Source: Ignavibacteria bacterium
GTDB lineage: Bacteria > Elusimicrobiota > Endomicrobiia > PHAN01
Length of the DNA stretch: 17,284 nucleotides
Assembly (NCBI GenBank): GCA_041694835.1
Contig: JBGFRZ010000044.1
Span: 1 to 17,284, forward strand
Direction: 5' to 3'
The notes beneath the pieces are model-generated. The model saw nothing but the letters and a program-made list of their open reading frames with translations. It was not told the DNA's origin and did no database searches. The position numbers and the translations under genes are program-made. Shown piece after piece: positions 6,615 through 14,770 of the stretch (the stretch's first letter is position 1; each line of letters opens with the position of its first letter).

Positions 6615-7787
6615 CTACTTCTTCCCGGCGGCTTCTTTTATAAGAGCGAGGGCGATTTCGTTCTTTTGAATCTGCGATGTTCCTTCGTATATCTGCGTAA
6701 TTTTTGCGTCTCTCATCATTTTTTCCACGGGATATTCTCTGATATAACCATAGCCGCCGAAAACCTGGACGGCGTTTGTGGTAACCCTCATGGCAACCTC
6801 TGATGCGTAGTACTTAGACATCGCCGACTCCTTAGTGATTCTTTCCTTCTTGCCAGCCGCATGTTGCGCATCCATCATTTTCGATGTCGCGTAAAGCAAC
6901 GCTCTCGCCGCCTCGACCTCGGTAGCCATATCGGCGAGGATATGCTGAATCGCCTGGAACGACGCTATGGGTTGGCCAAACTGCACCCGGGTTCTTGCGT
7001 AATTTATCGATTCTTCCAAAGCGCCAGCTGCAATTCCCAACGCCTGTGCCGCAACGCCGGGCCGAGAACTGTCGAAAGTCGCCTGAGCTATCATAAGACC
7101 GTAGCCCTCTTTGGCGAGCAGGTTTTCGGCCGAAACTTTGCAGTTGTTGAATATAAGTTCTCTTGTAGATGATGCGCGGATGCCAAGTTTTTTTTCCTTT
7201 TTTCCGAATTCAAAACCCGCTGTGCCTTTTTCGACTATAAAACACGATATCCCGCGGGCGCCTTTGGCGGGATTTGTCGATGCGAATATCGTGTAGATCT
7301 CGGCGTCACCCCCGTTCGTTATAAAACACTTTGTTCCGTTTAGTATGTAATGGTTGCCGTCTTTTTTGGCTGTCGTCTTAAGAGCGGTGGCGTCAGAACC
7401 AGCCCCCGGCTCGGTAAGACCGAAAGCCGCCAATTTCCTGCCCGAGGCTATATCCGGAAGATATTTTCTTTTTTGTTCTTCATTGCCGTAAAGAAGTATC
7501 GGAAAAGTCCCGAGGGCAGATGCGGCCAGCGCAAGCGATATGGCACCATCAACCTTTGAAAGCTCCTCAACTATAAGAACAAGATCCATAACACCGCCGC
7601 CGAGTCCGCCGTACTCTTGGGGTATGTATGCCCCACAAAGATCGCTTTTCGCAAACTCTTCGACTATCGGCCATGGAAATTCTTCGTTTTCGTCGTAGTG
7701 CTCCCTGACGGGTTTAATTTTTTCATTTGCAATTTTTCTTGCGAGTTCGACCATCATTTGCTGTTCTTCAGTTAAAAAATACTCCAT
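6615..7787 (-). CDS. Acyl-CoA dehydrogenase (butyryl-CoA dehydrogenase-like)
   Basis: AFGLTEPGAGSDA, NGTKCFITNG, KLGIRASST, R.QFGQPIA.FQAIQ, QVFGGYGY, RDAKITQIYEGTSQIQ; AGGAGG RBS. Confidence 0.95.
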   Translation of the reverse strand: MEYFLTEEQQMMVELARKIANEKIKPVREHYDENEEFPWPIVEEFAKSDLCGAYIPQEYGGLGGGVMDLVLIVEELSKVDGAISLALAASALGTFPILLYGNEEQKRKYLPDIASGRKLAAFGLTEPGAGSDATALKTTAKKDGNHYILNGTKCFITNGGDAEIYTIFASTNPAKGARGISCFIVEKGTAGFEFGKKEKKLGIRASSTRELIFNNCKVSAENLLAKEGYGLMIAQATFDSSRPGVAAQALGIAAGALEESINYARTRVQFGQPIASFQAIQHILADMATEVEAARALLYATSKMMDAQHAAGKKERITKESAMSKYYASEVAMRVTTNAVQVFGGYGYIREYPVEKMMRDAKITQIYEGTSQIQKNEIALALIKEAAGKK

Positions 7788-7807
7788 TGTTGCCTCCTGA
7801 CATTAGG

Positions 7808-7852
7808 GCACAAGAGCACAAGACAAGTGCACAAGAGCACAAGAGCACAAGT
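7808..7852. repeat. GCACAAGA octamer array (5 copies), reverse complement of the CTTGTGC family
   Basis: gcacaaga gcacaaga caagt gcacaaga gcacaaga gcacaagt. Confidence 0.85.
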
Positions 7853-7869
7853 CTGAGGTCAGAGGAAAA

Positions 7870-7938
7870 CCTCACACCCCTCATCTCTCGTCTCTATCCT
7901 CTATTCGCTATTTTCTACCTACCACCTGCCATCTACTA
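7870..7938. repeat. Degenerate pyrimidine-rich heptamer array abutting the rnc stop codon
   Basis: tctctcg tctctat cctctat tcgctat tttctac ctaccac ctgccat ctactat. Confidence 0.65.
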
Positions 7939-8598
7939 TCTTTTTATGTTTTTTATCGCATCCTCGGCGGCATTTTTCTGCGCTTCTTTCTTCGATTTCC
8001 CGACACCGCGGCCATATGTCTTCTTTTTCACAATAACTTCGACCTCAAAGATCTTATTGTGGGCGGGGCCTTCCTCTTTGATTATATTATATACCGGGAG
8101 TGTGTTGAACATGCTTTGAATTATCTCCTGAAGCATGCTTTTGGAATCCGCTTCAAGCTCTTCCCATTGTATCTTATCAAGGAACTTTAAAACGACTTTC
8201 TTCGCGCTATGGAAACCTCCGTCGAGAAAAATCGCCCCTATTACCGCTTCAAAACATCCCGCAAGTATTGAACTCTTGCCGCCTCCTCCAGAGTCCCTCT
8301 CGGAGTCGCTGAGTTTTATGTATTTTCCAAGTGATATATCGTTAGCCCAAGATGCAAGGTTTTTCTGCGATACTATGGTCGATTTAAGCTTTGAAAGCCT
8401 GTCCTCCCGAACCGAAGTAAATTTTTCGTATAAGAAATCGCAAACAATCAGACTTATCACGCTGTCGCCGAGAAACTCAAGCCGTTCGTTGTCGGGAGAC
8501 GCGGTTGCATGATACACATAAGATCTGTGGGTTAGCGAGTTTTCGAGCAATTCCGAGTCGCTGAATTTGTAACCCAAAACTTGTTCAATCCCAACCAT
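7936..8598 (-). CDS. rnc: Ribonuclease III
   Basis: LTHRSY, NERLEFLGDSV signature, FEA.IGAIFLDGG, C-terminal dsRBD (KS.LQE, GPAH.K.F, G.GKSKKEA). Start placed at ATG 8598 because the longer ORF overlaps fabF. The usual acidic residue in DxxE appears as G (LAGCFEA). Confidence 0.93.
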   Translation of the reverse strand: MVGIEQVLGYKFSDSELLENSLTHRSYVYHATASPDNERLEFLGDSVISLIVCDFLYEKFTSVREDRLSKLKSTIVSQKNLASWANDISLGKYIKLSDSERDSGGGGKSSILAGCFEAVIGAIFLDGGFHSAKKVVLKFLDKIQWEELEADSKSMLQEIIQSMFNTLPVYNIIKEEGPAHNKIFEVEVIVKKKTYGRGVGKSKKEAQKNAAEDAIKNIKR

Positions 8599-8603
8599 AA
8601 ATG

Positions 8604-9842
8604 TCAAGTTATTTTGCGAGCGATTAAAACTGCATTGTGTCCGCCGAAGCCGAGTGAATTTGAAAGAACGCACGAAAAGTTTTTTTCTATATGTTTGTTG
8701 GGGACATAATTCAAGTCGCACTCCGGATCTGATGTTTCATAGTTTATGGTCGGATGTATGAATCCCGACTTCATGCATAAAAGCGACGCTGCAAGTTCAA
8801 TCGCCCCGGCTGCGCCAAGGAGATGCCCCGTCATAGATTTCGTGGAAGAAATTGGTATTTTATATGCCCGTTCTTTGAAAACCTTTTTTATCGCAATCGT
8901 TTCGATTTTGTCGTTAAGTGCTGTTGAGGTGCCGTGCGCGTTTATATAATCCACATCGTCTTTGGAAATCCCGGCGTCTTCTATGGCTATCTCCATAGCG
9001 GCGACGGCAGCGGTGGCATCGGGATCGGGCGCTGTTACATGATAAGCGTCGTCGGAAGCGCCGAAACCTATGAGTTCGGCTATTATCGGCGCGTTTCTTT
9101 TTATCGCGTGGTCAAGCGATTCGATGATAAAAATCGCGGCTCCTTCTCCCATAACAAAACCGTCCCTGTTTTTGTCAAACGGGCGCGAGGCCTTTTTGGG
9201 AGCGTCATTTCTCGTCGAAAGAGCCCTTATAGAACAAAATCCGCCGAAGCCAAGGGGCGTTATAGCCGCTTCGCTACCGCCGGTTATCATTACGTCGGCA
9301 TCGCCGTTCCTTATTATGTTTAAGGCATCGCCGATTGCATGATTTGCCGAAGCGCATGCCGACGACACCGCATAGTTCGGGCCCGTCACCTTGTATTCTA
9401 TCGCAATTTCACCCGGCGCTATGTTCGTAATAATCGTTGGTATCAGAAAAGGACTCACCCTCCGGGGTCCTTTATCAAGCAGGTTTTTATGCTCCTGCTC
9501 TATCACCTCAAGCCCCCCTATCCCGGTGCCCGTGACTACCCCTACGCGCGAGGTGTCTTCTTTCGAAAAATCAATACCTGAATCCGACACCGCCATAGAG
9601 GCGGCGGTTAGGGCAAATTGAGTAAATCTCGCGAGTCGCTTCACTTTTTTCTTGTCGATATAGTTCTCGGGATTAAAGTTATTTACCTCACATGCAAAAG
9701 TCGTAGAGTAACTGCCGGAATCGAAAGATTTTATATAATCAGCCCCGGAAACGCCTTCTTTCAGGTTTTTCAAAAATTCTTCGTTGCCGATTCCTATAGG
9801 GGCAATCACTCCGATGCCGGTCACTACTACTCTTTTTTTCAT
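8604..9842 (-). CDS. fabF: 3-oxoacyl-ACP synthase II
   Basis: KRVVVTGIG, SACAS active Cys, SRPFD..RDGFVMGEGA, YINAHGTST, KSMTGHLLGAAG, SNS.GFGGHN; start at ATG 9842. Confidence 0.97.
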   Translation of the reverse strand: MKKRVVVTGIGVIAPIGIGNEEFLKNLKEGVSGADYIKSFDSGSYSTTFACEVNNFNPENYIDKKKVKRLARFTQFALTAASMAVSDSGIDFSKEDTSRVGVVTGTGIGGLEVIEQEHKNLLDKGPRRVSPFLIPTIITNIAPGEIAIEYKVTGPNYAVSSACASANHAIGDALNIIRNGDADVMITGGSEAAITPLGFGGFCSIRALSTRNDAPKKASRPFDKNRDGFVMGEGAAIFIIESLDHAIKRNAPIIAELIGFGASDDAYHVTAPDPDATAAVAAMEIAIEDAGISKDDVDYINAHGTSTALNDKIETIAIKKVFKERAYKIPISSTKSMTGHLLGAAGAIELAASLLCMKSGFIHPTINYETSDPECDLNYVPNKHIEKNFSCVLSNSLGFGGHNAVLIARKIT

Positions 9843-9940
9843 CCACCTAAGCTCCATAGTGAAAAACCGTCCTCAAAACGCTACAAAAGTGCTGAATCAC
9901 ACCGCATAGGCGCATATGTGCACAAGCGATTAAATGCTTT

Positions 9941-9990
9941 AGAGCATAAGTCAAAACTTCTGCTCTTGTGCCTTGTGCTCTTATGCCTTA
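9941..9990. repeat. CTTRTGC array after the acpP stop, with a hairpin
   Basis: cttctgct cttgtgc cttgtgct cttatgc (9957-9986); AGAGCATAAGT (9941-9951) pairs with ACTTCTGCTCT (9956-9966), 10/11. Confidence 0.75.
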
Positions 9991-9994
9991 TTTA

Positions 9995-10234
9995 CTACTT
10001 TTTGTTTGTTTTTATATACTCTATCGCCTGAGCGACCGTCTGGATTTTGCCGGCTGCGTCATCTGGAATTTCAAGTCCGAACTCTTCCTCGAAAGCCATC
10101 ACAAGCTCAACAGTATCGAGGGAATCGGCACCCAGATCGTTCACAAATGATGCCGTGGGGACAACCTCGGTGGGATCTACGCCGAGCCTTTCAACGATGA
10201 TTTCCTTTACCTTTGCTTCAATATCCTGTGTCAT
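9995..10234 (-). CDS. acpP: Acyl carrier protein
   Basis: [33 protein letters not shown] before ATG 10234. Confidence 0.98.
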   Translation of the reverse strand: MTQDIEAKVKEIIVERLGVDPTEVVPTASFVNDLGADSLDTVELVMAFEEEFGLEIPDDAAGKIQTVAQAIEYIKTNKK

Positions 10235-10336
10235 ACTACCTCCTGATATTAGTGTATAAGTGCATTGTGACTCGTTTCTTCGGTCACCACTCACTATTTA
10301 ACCAATTACTGACTACCTATTACTTACCTCTTGTAA

Positions 10337-10428
10337 CTTGTGCTCTTGTGCCCTTATGCCTTGTGCCCTTATGCCTTGTGCCCTTGTGCCTTGTGCTCTT
10401 GTGCTCTTATGCCCTTATGCCTTGTGCT
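10337..10428. repeat. 12-unit CTTRTGC(Y) tandem array between fabG and acpP
   Basis: Mixed 7- and 8-nt units, partly a 15-bp period; ends 1 nt from the fabG stop codon. Confidence 0.93.
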
Positions 10429-10429
10429 C

Positions 10430-11182
10430 TTACATATACATCCCGCCGTTGACTGAAATTATCTGTCCGGTAATATAAGAAGAAGCATCCCCGGCCAAAA
10501 ACAAAGCGCATGCCGCTATATCCTCGGGAATGCCCAGTCTTTTAAGCGGTATCTGGTCGGCGAGTTTAGTCTTTATGTCATCAGGAAGCACGTCTGTCAT
10601 GGCTGTCTTTATGAAACCAGGGGCTATCGCGTTCACCAAAATATTTCTAGGCGCGAACTCCCTTGCGCAGGTCTTGGTAAGAGCGATAACCCCGCCCTTC
10701 GATGCCGAGTAGTTCGCCTGTCCGACGTTGCCCATAAGTCCAACAACCGACGCTATGTTTATTATCCTTCCAATTCTTTCCTTAAACATGTGCTTAACCA
10801 CGGATTTTGTCATGTTGAAGACACCTTTCAAATTTATATCCATAACGCGCTGCCATTCTTCGTCCGTCATTCTCATTACAAGATTGTCCTTTGTTATTCC
10901 GGCGTTGTTGACAAGTATATCAATTTTTTTGAATTTTTCAATAATGGCCTTGACGCCGATTTCGCAATCGGCAAAGTCGGCCACATTTAACTTAACGGTA
11001 AACGTCTCCACTCCGAGGCCGTCCGATATCTCTTGAGCTGTTTTCAACGCAACTTCATAATTGACATCTGATATTACTATTTTTGAGCCTTCCGATGCAA
11101 ATTTCCCGGCTATCGCTTTTCCTATGCCGGAAGCCGAGCCGGTTATAACCGAAACTTTATCAAGAAGTTTCTTTTCGCACAT
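10430..11182 (-). CDS. fabG: 3-oxoacyl-ACP reductase
   Basis: TGSASGIG, DILVNNAGIT.D, GQANYSASKGG, NAIAPGFI.T.MT; GGGAGG RBS before ATG 11182. Confidence 0.96.
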   Translation of the reverse strand: MCEKKLLDKVSVITGSASGIGKAIAGKFASEGSKIVISDVNYEVALKTAQEISDGLGVETFTVKLNVADFADCEIGVKAIIEKFKKIDILVNNAGITKDNLVMRMTDEEWQRVMDINLKGVFNMTKSVVKHMFKERIGRIINIASVVGLMGNVGQANYSASKGGVIALTKTCAREFAPRNILVNAIAPGFIKTAMTDVLPDDIKTKLADQIPLKRLGIPEDIAACALFLAGDASSYITGQIISVNGGMYM

Positions 11183-11203
11183 AGTCAACCTCCCATTATC
11201 GCG

Positions 11204-11217
11204 CTACCTTCTACCTT
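11204..11217. repeat. CTACCTT x2 abutting the fabD stop codon
   Basis: Exact heptamer duplication next to the stop at 11219-11221; short, supported mainly by the window-wide pattern. Confidence 0.45.
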
Positions 11218-11218
11218 T

Positions 11219-12145
11219 CTATCTTAACTGTGCTATAGTTTCTTCCAAGGATTTTTTATCTTCAACGTTCAATATTTTCGTTTTTCTCTCTATTCTTTTA
11301 ATTAGACCGGCAAGGACTTTTCCCGGACCGACTTCAATAAAAGTGTCGGTTCCATCAGATAGCATGTTTTTTATCGTCTTTTCCCATAAAACAGGGTGAT
11401 CTATCTGTATAACAAGTTTTTTCCTTATTTCTTCCGACGAGGTCGTCGGAAGGGCATCGCAGTTCATAAACACCGGAAGTTTTGCCGTCTTCAGTTCGAC
11501 TTTATTCAACTCCAACGACATATTGTCCGACGCCTCTTTCATTAGCGTCGAGTGGAACGCACCCGACACATTCAATTCTACAACCTTCATAGCGCCTCTG
11601 TCTTTCGCTTTGGAAGCTGCGTCGGTGACGGCCTGGCGCCTTCCAGCTATTACAAGTTGACCCGGAGAGTTGAAGTTGACGACCTCGGCCCCTGTTTCTT
11701 TGCAAATTTCATCGACTTTACTTTCGTCGAGACCTATTACGGCTGCCATTGTTCCCGGATTTTTTGAAGAAGCGGCGGCGATGAACTCCGCTCTTTTTTT
11801 TACAAGGGATAGTCCCGTCTGAAAATCAAAAACACCCGCGGCGTAAAGTGCGGAATATTCTCCCAGCGAGTGTCCGGCCAATGAAAATCCACCGGGCAGC
11901 GGATAGTGGTCCAGGAAAACCCCGAAACACATCGCGCTTGTCACAAAAACCGACGGCTGCGTGTAGAGCGTTTGAGTGAGCAATTCAATAGGACCTTCAA
12001 ATATTATTTTTTTGAGGTCGTATCCAGATGTTTCGTTGGAGTTGTCCAGTATATCCTTTGCCACCGAATACGTTTCGTAAAACTCGCGTCCCATGCCAAC
12101 GTACTGTGACGCCTGACCGGGAAAAACAATCGCGATCTTATTCAT
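11219..12145 (-). CDS. fabD: Malonyl-CoA:ACP transacylase
   Basis: FPGQASQYVGMG, TQP, AGHSLGEY, NSPGQ.VIAG, VSGAFHS, EVGPGKVL; start at ATG 12145 directly after the fabH stop. Confidence 0.96.
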   Translation of the reverse strand: MNKIAIVFPGQASQYVGMGREFYETYSVAKDILDNSNETSGYDLKKIIFEGPIELLTQTLYTQPSVFVTSAMCFGVFLDHYPLPGGFSLAGHSLGEYSALYAAGVFDFQTGLSLVKKRAEFIAAASSKNPGTMAAVIGLDESKVDEICKETGAEVVNFNSPGQLVIAGRRQAVTDAASKAKDRGAMKVVELNVSGAFHSTLMKEASDNMSLELNKVELKTAKLPVFMNCDALPTTSSEEIRKKLVIQIDHPVLWEKTIKNMLSDGTDTFIEVGPGKVLAGLIKRIERKTKILNVEDKKSLEETIAQLR

Positions 12146-12147
12146 AA

Positions 12148-13137
12148 TTATATCCTTATAATCGAAGCGCCCCATGTGAAACCGCCGCCAAAAGCCACCA
12201 GAGCAACCACGTCGCCCTTTTTGACCCGACCCTCGCTTATGGCTTCGTCGAGAGCGACTATCGTTGTTGCCGCCGAGATGTTGCCGTATTTGTGAACGTT
12301 GACATAAGTTTTTTCCAAAGGGAAATCAAGCTTTCTGGCTACGGCGTCTATTATCCTCATGTTTGCCTGATGAGGAATCAATAACGATATATCCGAAACA
12401 CTCAGTTTTGTTTTTGAAACAGCCTTTTCAAAGGCCTCCGCCATCTTTACGACCGCGACCTTAAAAACCTCTTTTCCCGACATCTTCATATAATGCAGAT
12501 GTTTTTTGACGGTATCGGGAGAAGCGGGCATCTTTCCGCCGCCGGCGGGGATATGCAAAAGCTCCGAATAATTTCCATCAGCGCCAAGATGACATGAAAG
12601 CAGCGCGTCGTTATGGTCGGACGAGCTTATAATCATTGCTCCGGCGCCGTCGCCGAACAGGACGCATGTCGATCTGTCCTGCCAGTCCGTAAACTTTGAA
12701 AGAACCTCTGTTCCGACGATAAGTATATTTCTCGCCATACAGGATTTTATTAATCCGGCGGAGACTTGCAAAGCATAAATAAATCCGCTGCACGCCGCAG
12801 ACACATCAAAAGCTGTAACGTCTGGCATGTTAAGTTTATTTTGTATGAAGCAGGCGGTTGAAGGGAATATCTTGTCGGCTGATATAGTCGCGCAGATTAT
12901 AATGTCGATGTCTTCGGGTTTTAGTCCGGAACGTCCTATGGCTATTTTGGCCGCGGCCGCTCCAAGATCAGATGCGGTGACATCTTTTTCAGCTATGCGC
13001 CTTTCCTTTATGCCTGTCCGGGTTAGAATCCATTCATCCGAGGTATCGACCATTCTCGACAGTTCTTCGTTTGTCAATATTTTCGGGGGCAGATAACTAC
13101 CCGTAGATACTATCTTTATACCTTTAATATTTTCCAT
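12148..13137 (-). CDS. fabH: 3-oxoacyl-ACP synthase III
   Basis: DTSDEWI..RTGI.ERR, AACSGF, DR.TCVLFGDGAGA, PHQAN.RI, YGN.SAA, FGGGFTWG. Confidence 0.97.
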   Translation of the reverse strand: MENIKGIKIVSTGSYLPPKILTNEELSRMVDTSDEWILTRTGIKERRIAEKDVTASDLGAAAAKIAIGRSGLKPEDIDIIICATISADKIFPSTACFIQNKLNMPDVTAFDVSAACSGFIYALQVSAGLIKSCMARNILIVGTEVLSKFTDWQDRSTCVLFGDGAGAMIISSSDHNDALLSCHLGADGNYSELLHIPAGGGKMPASPDTVKKHLHYMKMSGKEVFKVAVVKMAEAFEKAVSKTKLSVSDISLLIPHQANMRIIDAVARKLDFPLEKTYVNVHKYGNISAATTIVALDEAISEGRVKKGDVVALVAFGGGFTWGASIIRI

Positions 13138-14128
13138 TTCCGAAACCTTTTATGCTCTCTTCTATTTTTTCGGTAGTGTTATGTTTGACATACGTGGAAG
13201 CTTTTATTAAGGCGTTTTTTATAGCCTTTGCGTCCGAGCGGCCATGACATATAAAGCATGAACCTTTTACACCTAAAAGAGGCGCACCTCCAACTTCGGA
13301 GTAATCCGCTCTTTTTCTTATATCCTTTATGGCGGTCCATAAGAATGGGAGCGACAGCCATGCCACGGGATGATTTTTGAGCGACGATTTTATCAGTTTG
13401 AAAAGCATCTCGGCGACGCCTTCGCCAAACTTTAAGAGCACATTCCCCAGAAAACCGTCGCAAACTATGACATCGGCCTTGCCAAGCGGAATGTCCCTGC
13501 CTTCGATGTTTCCTATAAAGTTTTTTTCATATTTTTTCAAAAGATTGAATGCCTCTATCGTCAGCTCATTCCCTTTGTTGTCCTCTTCTCCTATGGAAAT
13601 CAGTCCGATTCTGGGGCTTTCCACCCCCAACACTTCCTGCACGTAAACCCTCCCCATTTCGGCAAACTGCAGAAGATTAATTGGCTTTGAATCGACGTTT
13701 GCGCCGACATCAAGTATGACCGCCCGCCCCTTTAGAGTTGGAAATAAAACTGCTATGGCCGGCCTTGCAATGCCTTCAATGCGCTTAATGTCCAGGAGAG
13801 CCGCCGTCATGATAGCGCCGGAGTTGCCGGCAGATATAACGGCAGCGGCTTTGCCAGTTGCAACCATTTTTACAGCAACCATAAGGGAAGAATTCTTTTT
13901 CTGCCTGTATGCGGACGTTGGATCCTCATTCATGCCAACGACCTCGGAGGCGTGCATAATGGATATATTCGGAGGCACTTTTTTATACTTCTTTAATTCG
14001 GCCTCAAGAGTTTTTTCATCGCCCGTTATGACTATCTCGTCGTCTAATATGCTACCAGCAAGCGCGGCTCCCTCAATTTGTGATGCTGGCGCATGATCGC
14101 CGCCCATTCCATCCAACATTAGTTTCAT
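13124..14128 (-). CDS. plsX: Phosphate acyltransferase PlsX
   Basis: D.MGGDHAP, SAGNSGA, RPAI, LDVGANVD, IGEE..KGN, GNIEGRD, DV.VCDGF.GN..LK..EG, GGAPLLGV, HG.S. Confidence 0.96.
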   Translation of the reverse strand: MKLMLDGMGGDHAPASQIEGAALAGSILDDEIVITGDEKTLEAELKKYKKVPPNISIMHASEVVGMNEDPTSAYRQKKNSSLMVAVKMVATGKAAAVISAGNSGAIMTAALLDIKRIEGIARPAIAVLFPTLKGRAVILDVGANVDSKPINLLQFAEMGRVYVQEVLGVESPRIGLISIGEEDNKGNELTIEAFNLLKKYEKNFIGNIEGRDIPLGKADVIVCDGFLGNVLLKFGEGVAEMLFKLIKSSLKNHPVAWLSLPFLWTAIKDIRKRADYSEVGGAPLLGVKGSCFICHGRSDAKAIKNALIKASTYVKHNTTEKIEESIKGFGNGKY

Positions 14129-14189
14129 CTGCGGTTCCTCAATTTTCCCCCTCGGGGCTTTTTTGAAAACAAGCTTTAAGTTGAGAAAT

Positions 14190-14393
14190 TTATTTTTTTT
14201 CTTCTTTGGCTTTTTTAACTTTGGGAGGAAGTATCAGCTCTGTGTTATAAAAGCCGCACATAGGACAGATGTGATGCGAAAGTTTCGGGGCGCCGCAATT
14301 GGAACATCTCGAGAGATTTCCCGGGATTGCCTTCCAGTTGGCCCGTCGGGTGTTTCTTCTTGAGCGCGTGTGTTTCCTTTTTGGATTTGCCAT
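14190..14393 (-). CDS. rpmF: 50S ribosomal protein L32 (zinc-ribbon C+ form)
   Basis: MANPKRK..RSRR..RR, CSNC..HHICPMCG.Y; AGGAG RBS; canonical position before plsX. Confidence 0.96.
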   Translation of the reverse strand: MANPKRKHTRSRRNTRRANWKAIPGNLSRCSNCGAPKLSHHICPMCGFYNTELILPPKVKKAKEEKK

Positions 14394-14533
14394 GTTTGCT
14401 CCTGAAATTTTTTACAGCGTATTTTTAAGTCCGTTTTTTAAAATAATGAGACCATTGAAAACCTCACCACAGAGGCACCATGAACACAGAGAAAAAACTT
14501 TACCACAAAAGCACGAAAGTTAGAAATCATGGA

Positions 14534-14585
14534 AAATCCCCCTCTATCCCCCTTTTGTAAAGGGGGAAGCGAAGCAGGGGGATTT
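14534..14585. repeat. Double-stem palindrome AAATCCCCCT..TCCCCCTTT-N3-AAAGGGGGA..AGGGGGATTT
   Basis: Perfect 10-bp outer stem (14534-14543/14576-14585) and perfect 9-bp inner stem (14547-14555/14559-14567). Confidence 0.88.
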
Positions 14586-14604
14586 ACAGTAACTTGTGCA
14601 CTTG

Positions 14605-14627
14605 TGCAGACCAAGGTCTGCAACTAC
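14605..14627 (-). repeat. GTAG-type REP-like hairpin
   Basis: Minus strand GTAG-T-TGCAGACC-TT-GGTCTGCA, perfect 8-bp stem. Confidence 0.7.
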
Positions 14628-14741
14628 AAAACTTGTGCTTTGTTGCAAAAAATTTCTTACACATTTTTTTGCGTCTCGTGTGGTAGAAGAACTTTTTCAA
14701 TAATCTCATAATACAGAAACAAAAGTTCTTGCGGAAAAGTC

Positions 14742-14770
14742 ATTATACAAAAAAAATGTTTTTCAATCAA
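14742..14770 (-). promoter_or_regulatory. Putative sigma70 promoter for the rpmF-plsX-fab operon
   Basis: Minus strand TTGATT (14770-14765, overlapping the ackA stop)-N17-TATAAT (14747-14742). Confidence 0.6.

Larger units (their letters stand above)
14448..14707. mobile_element. MITE-like element (260 bp) with an ATAAT direct repeat and nested repeats
   Basis: Ends GAGACCATTGAAAACCTC and ACTTTTTCAATAATCTC; ATAAT at 14443-14447 and 14708-14712; the ends correspond to those of 1223-1496 in the opposite orientation. Confidence 0.7.

Noticed and set aside
10337..10428. CRISPR array
   Set aside because: Units are 7-8 nt and contiguous, with no unique spacers and no cas genes.
10213..10452. 79-aa ORF with LVPLC repeats (likewise 7727-8119 and 9968-10200)
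   Set aside because: Artefacts of the 15-bp repeat period, antisense to real genes.
14147..14164. CCCC-CTC-GGGG-C-T6 terminator-like hairpin between rpmF and plsX
   Set aside because: 4-bp stem, and the T-tract is on the non-coding strand.
14299..14711. Short ORFs 14299-14523, 14438-14623 and 14529-14711
   Set aside because: They are translations of palindromic repeats (PPLSPFCKGG, PPLQKGDRGG) with no coding signal.
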